Below are positions 60,717-64,000 of a DNA stretch of 64,000 nt, one piece after another. The position numbers and the translations under genes were made by a program. Under the pieces are notes generated by a model. It made no database searches. It saw only the letters and a list, made by a program, of their open reading frames with translations, and was not told the origin of the DNA. The stretch's first letter is position 1. The number at the start of each line of letters is the position of its first letter. This stretch comes from Eledone cirrhosa (Eukaryota), in contig OZ024740.1 in assembly GCA_964016885.1 (NCBI GenBank), forward strand, positions 239,506,001 to 239,570,000. The letters are read 5' to 3'.

Positions 60717-61301
60717 AATGAATATATGCTAGGGATAAACACTGATACGAGTATACATGTGTTCGCATTGCAAATGACCAAGTTAGCTAGATTGAAAAAT
60801 ACTAATTAAAATAATACGGTTTGCCTGTCTCAATTTAAAATAATAAATCAATAAAAACAAATCTATATTGGCAAAAGCCGTGATACCTGGAAAAATTTAA
60901 GTTTTAAATTTCAAATTTGTTTCGCAACAATTAAGTGAAAGTTCCTATTTCTGTGCTCTTCTGCAGGTATCCAGAAATTGGTAAGTTTCACTTCAAAATA
61001 CTAATGAAGACTGGGAGAGATGTGTTTTTTAACGCACATGTGTCACAGCGTCTAACGCGTCCTATACTCGTGCCGCTAAAAGTAGCAGCCGGTTTTATGG
61101 GACTAAAAAATGAGCTGAATGGATGGAGCCGAGCATATTATATATAGAGTTATAAACTCAAATAGTCTTTTACAATTAAATAGCTCAAAGAAAGGAATAT
61201 TTCTGAGCCGTATAATACAAATGAATATATGATAGGGATAAACGCTGATACGAGTATACATGTGTTCGTATTGCAAATGACTAAGTTAGCTAAATTGTAA
61301 A

Positions 61302-61440
<139 letters not shown>

Positions 61441-61639
61441 TGTATACATGCATATATGTATACAGACGTACAGTAGTATGTATATATATATATACATACA
61501 TGCACACATATATATATGTACGTATGGATTTACCGAACATTTATTATAATGCTCGGTGTGTTTGTAAACAAACATCCCGAATTAAGCCATACAGTGTTTA
61601 GCAACCATCGTTGCTCATTTGTTCAACACTGACAAAGGA

Positions 61640-61681
61640 ACGATGTATTAATTTCAAGCTTATTAGCTATCGTCAGCCCGT
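61640..61681 (-). ncRNA. Minimal type I hammerhead, paralogue of 60591
   Basis: Reverse complement: ACGgG-CTGACGA-tAGCT aata AGCTt-GAAA-TTAA-TA-CATCGT. Confidence 0.65.
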
Positions 61682-62156
61682 ATACCTTCCTGCCAGATGA
61701 TTGAACGTCTGAAAGTATATATATCCTTATGCATATTAACGGCTGAGCAGCCTCATTTACATATAGAGAGAGTTAATCGGCCGGGCGCACCGAAAACAAT
61801 AAACGGAAAATATGAAACGAAATTTCATTTCTCACTCTTAGTACGGTTGTTACTTAAATATAAGTTTGTATACGTACATACATATATGTATACATCGTTC
61901 CTTTGTCAGTGTTGAACAAAAGAACAACGATGGTTGCTAGACACTACGGCTTAATTTGGGATGTTTGTTTACATACACACCGAGCATTATAATAAATGTT
62001 CGGTAAATCCATACGTACATATATATATATGCATATATATATATATATATACATACTACTGTACGTCTGTGTATATATATGTATGCACGTATACATACTT
62101 TATTTAAGTAACAGCCGTACTAAGAGTGAGAAATGAAATTTCGTTTCATTTTCTCC

Positions 62157-62224
<68 letters not shown>

Positions 62225-62290
62225 AAGGAATTGTGGTAAGGATCCAAATGGACTATAACGCACCAGAGTACTCAATACTTAGGGTATTAT

Positions 62291-62404
<114 letters not shown>

Positions 62405-63054
62405 CCCTATCATATATTCATATACATATTATTAGGAAGAAAAATATATTTTTATCCTTTTTTGTTTCTCTCTCTCTTTTTTCTGGGTTAGAAAATGATT
62501 AAAACGAAATGTTTTACTTTGTGTGAAGTGTTAAGGTATTACTTGATTTATTTATTATTTAACAGTGGCATTTATTTATCTATTTATCTATTTAATTATT
62601 GTCTATTACCGGTTTCAGCATTTTTATGCATTATCAAATGATAGTGAAATGTATCAGTGTGGTGTCGCACATGTTAAACAGAAGGTGCAGAAAGAATAAT
62701 TTTATTTACAAACAAGGTTTATAAAGTGAAAAGAAAAAAGAAAAAGGAAAAAAAACGTACATATTGTAGAACGTAAAAAGTCAATGTGGAAGAAAAAATA
62801 ATGTTATTTACAAGCAAAGTCATTGAAGTTAAGCAGATCAAAATGTGTTAATATAGCAAGAGTGCTTAGTTGATCCATGATTCCGTGATGGAGGCAAATG
62901 GTGGACTCAGGTTCGATATGATTTCCCTTTTTAGAGAGTTAATATTCAGGGGGAAGCAATTCTTTCTGGGTGATATTTAATTTATTTAAGAAAAAGGATT
63001 AGGTAGGGTGTGAGGGAGGTAACTCTTGTAAATGTTTGATTGTTTGTTGCAGTT

Positions 63055-64000
63055 TTAGATTGGTCCGATTTTTAGAGCATTAAGTAGGGGTTGAAATTTA
63101 TTAATGAAATGTGTTTCCTTATTGGTACGTTGGATGAAAGTAGCGTTGTCTATGAATTTGTAAATGGGGAAAATTTTAAAGTTTGGATGTTGGTTGAGAG
63201 CACAATTGGCGATATTTTCACTAAATGCAATCTTTCTGTATTCCTGTATTTTAATTTGTGATTTATAGACGGTCATACGTTGACGGAGGCTGTTTTTTGT
63301 CTGTCCTATGTAATGCTCTTGACAACCTGAGCAGGTCAAAACATAGATAAGGTTTTCAGATGCACATGTAAAGTTGTGTTTAACTGTGAAACGTTGCCCT
63401 TGTTTAAAATGGAATGTTGAACCTTCTATTAGATTTATGCATATGCCACAGTTGGGCCTTCCACATTTTGTTACTGTAGGGTTCATTGTGGGGCTTTGTT
63501 GGATTTTGGCTTGTGTGTGGACGTTTTTAATGGATTTTTTTTTTGTCTTTTGCTTTTTATAATGTTGAGTGTTTGGAGGATATTGTTCATTCTTGGGTCT
63601 CTTTTTAGTAAAGGAATGTTCTGGAGGATGGTGTCAAATGCCTGATTGTTGAGGGGGTTGTGTGTGGAGATGTATGGTAGAGTTTTTTGTTGCGGTTCAT
63701 TCCTGGGTTTGGGGCGTCTGAGTTCCTGGATGTCTAGTTTTAGGGCACGTTGGAATCCATTGGTGATTAGGGATGGTGGGTAGTTTCTGCTGATAAGTGT
63801 GTTTTTTAATTCTTCTAGTCGTGTGTAACATGTGTATTTATCTGAAACTATTGTGCAGATCCTTCTGGCTAGGTTATAAGGAATTGCTATTTTAGTATGG
63901 CGAGGGTGGCACGAGTTGAATGGAAGATATTGTTTGGAGTCTGTGAGTTTGTAGTATATGTCTGTTTCTACTTTGTTGCTTGTTTTCTTGATGAGGATGT
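63055..64000 (-). pseudogene. Penelope RT thumb + GIY-YIG, frameshifted, continues past the window edge
   Basis: ETDIYYKLTDSKQYLPFNSCHP, LPYISTHNPLNNQAFD, CGRPNCGIC, NLIYVLTCSGCQEHYIGQT; close relative of 4474-5975. Confidence 0.92.

Overview
Eukaryotic, AT-rich intergenic or intronic DNA saturated with microsatellites, with no recognisable host gene. The SINE, Penelope and RTE content suggests an octopus or other cephalopod genome (inference). Almost all non-microsatellite sequence comes from transposable elements: four Penelope-like (PLE; RT + GIY-YIG) copies, several RTE LINE fragments (two with twin-priming-type 5' inversions), one near full-length but broken L1/Tx1 element, Buster- and Tip100/ZMYM-type hAT transposons, and tRNA-derived SINEs. 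Two higher-order patterns stand out. (1) About 15 minimal type I hammerhead ribozyme (HHR) motifs from about 11 different sequence families sit mostly in non-coding fold-back modules anchored in (TA)n. Several copy boundaries fall at or next to the predicted self-cleavage site, and three coding PLEs carry a U3-A8 covariant core. (2) A 21.7 kb imperfect palindrome (35562-57222) is best read as a head-to-head dimer of a cargo-loaded Buster hAT element, centred on an 8-bp target-site spacer at 49026-49033. All calls are by eye; no database search or folding program was run.
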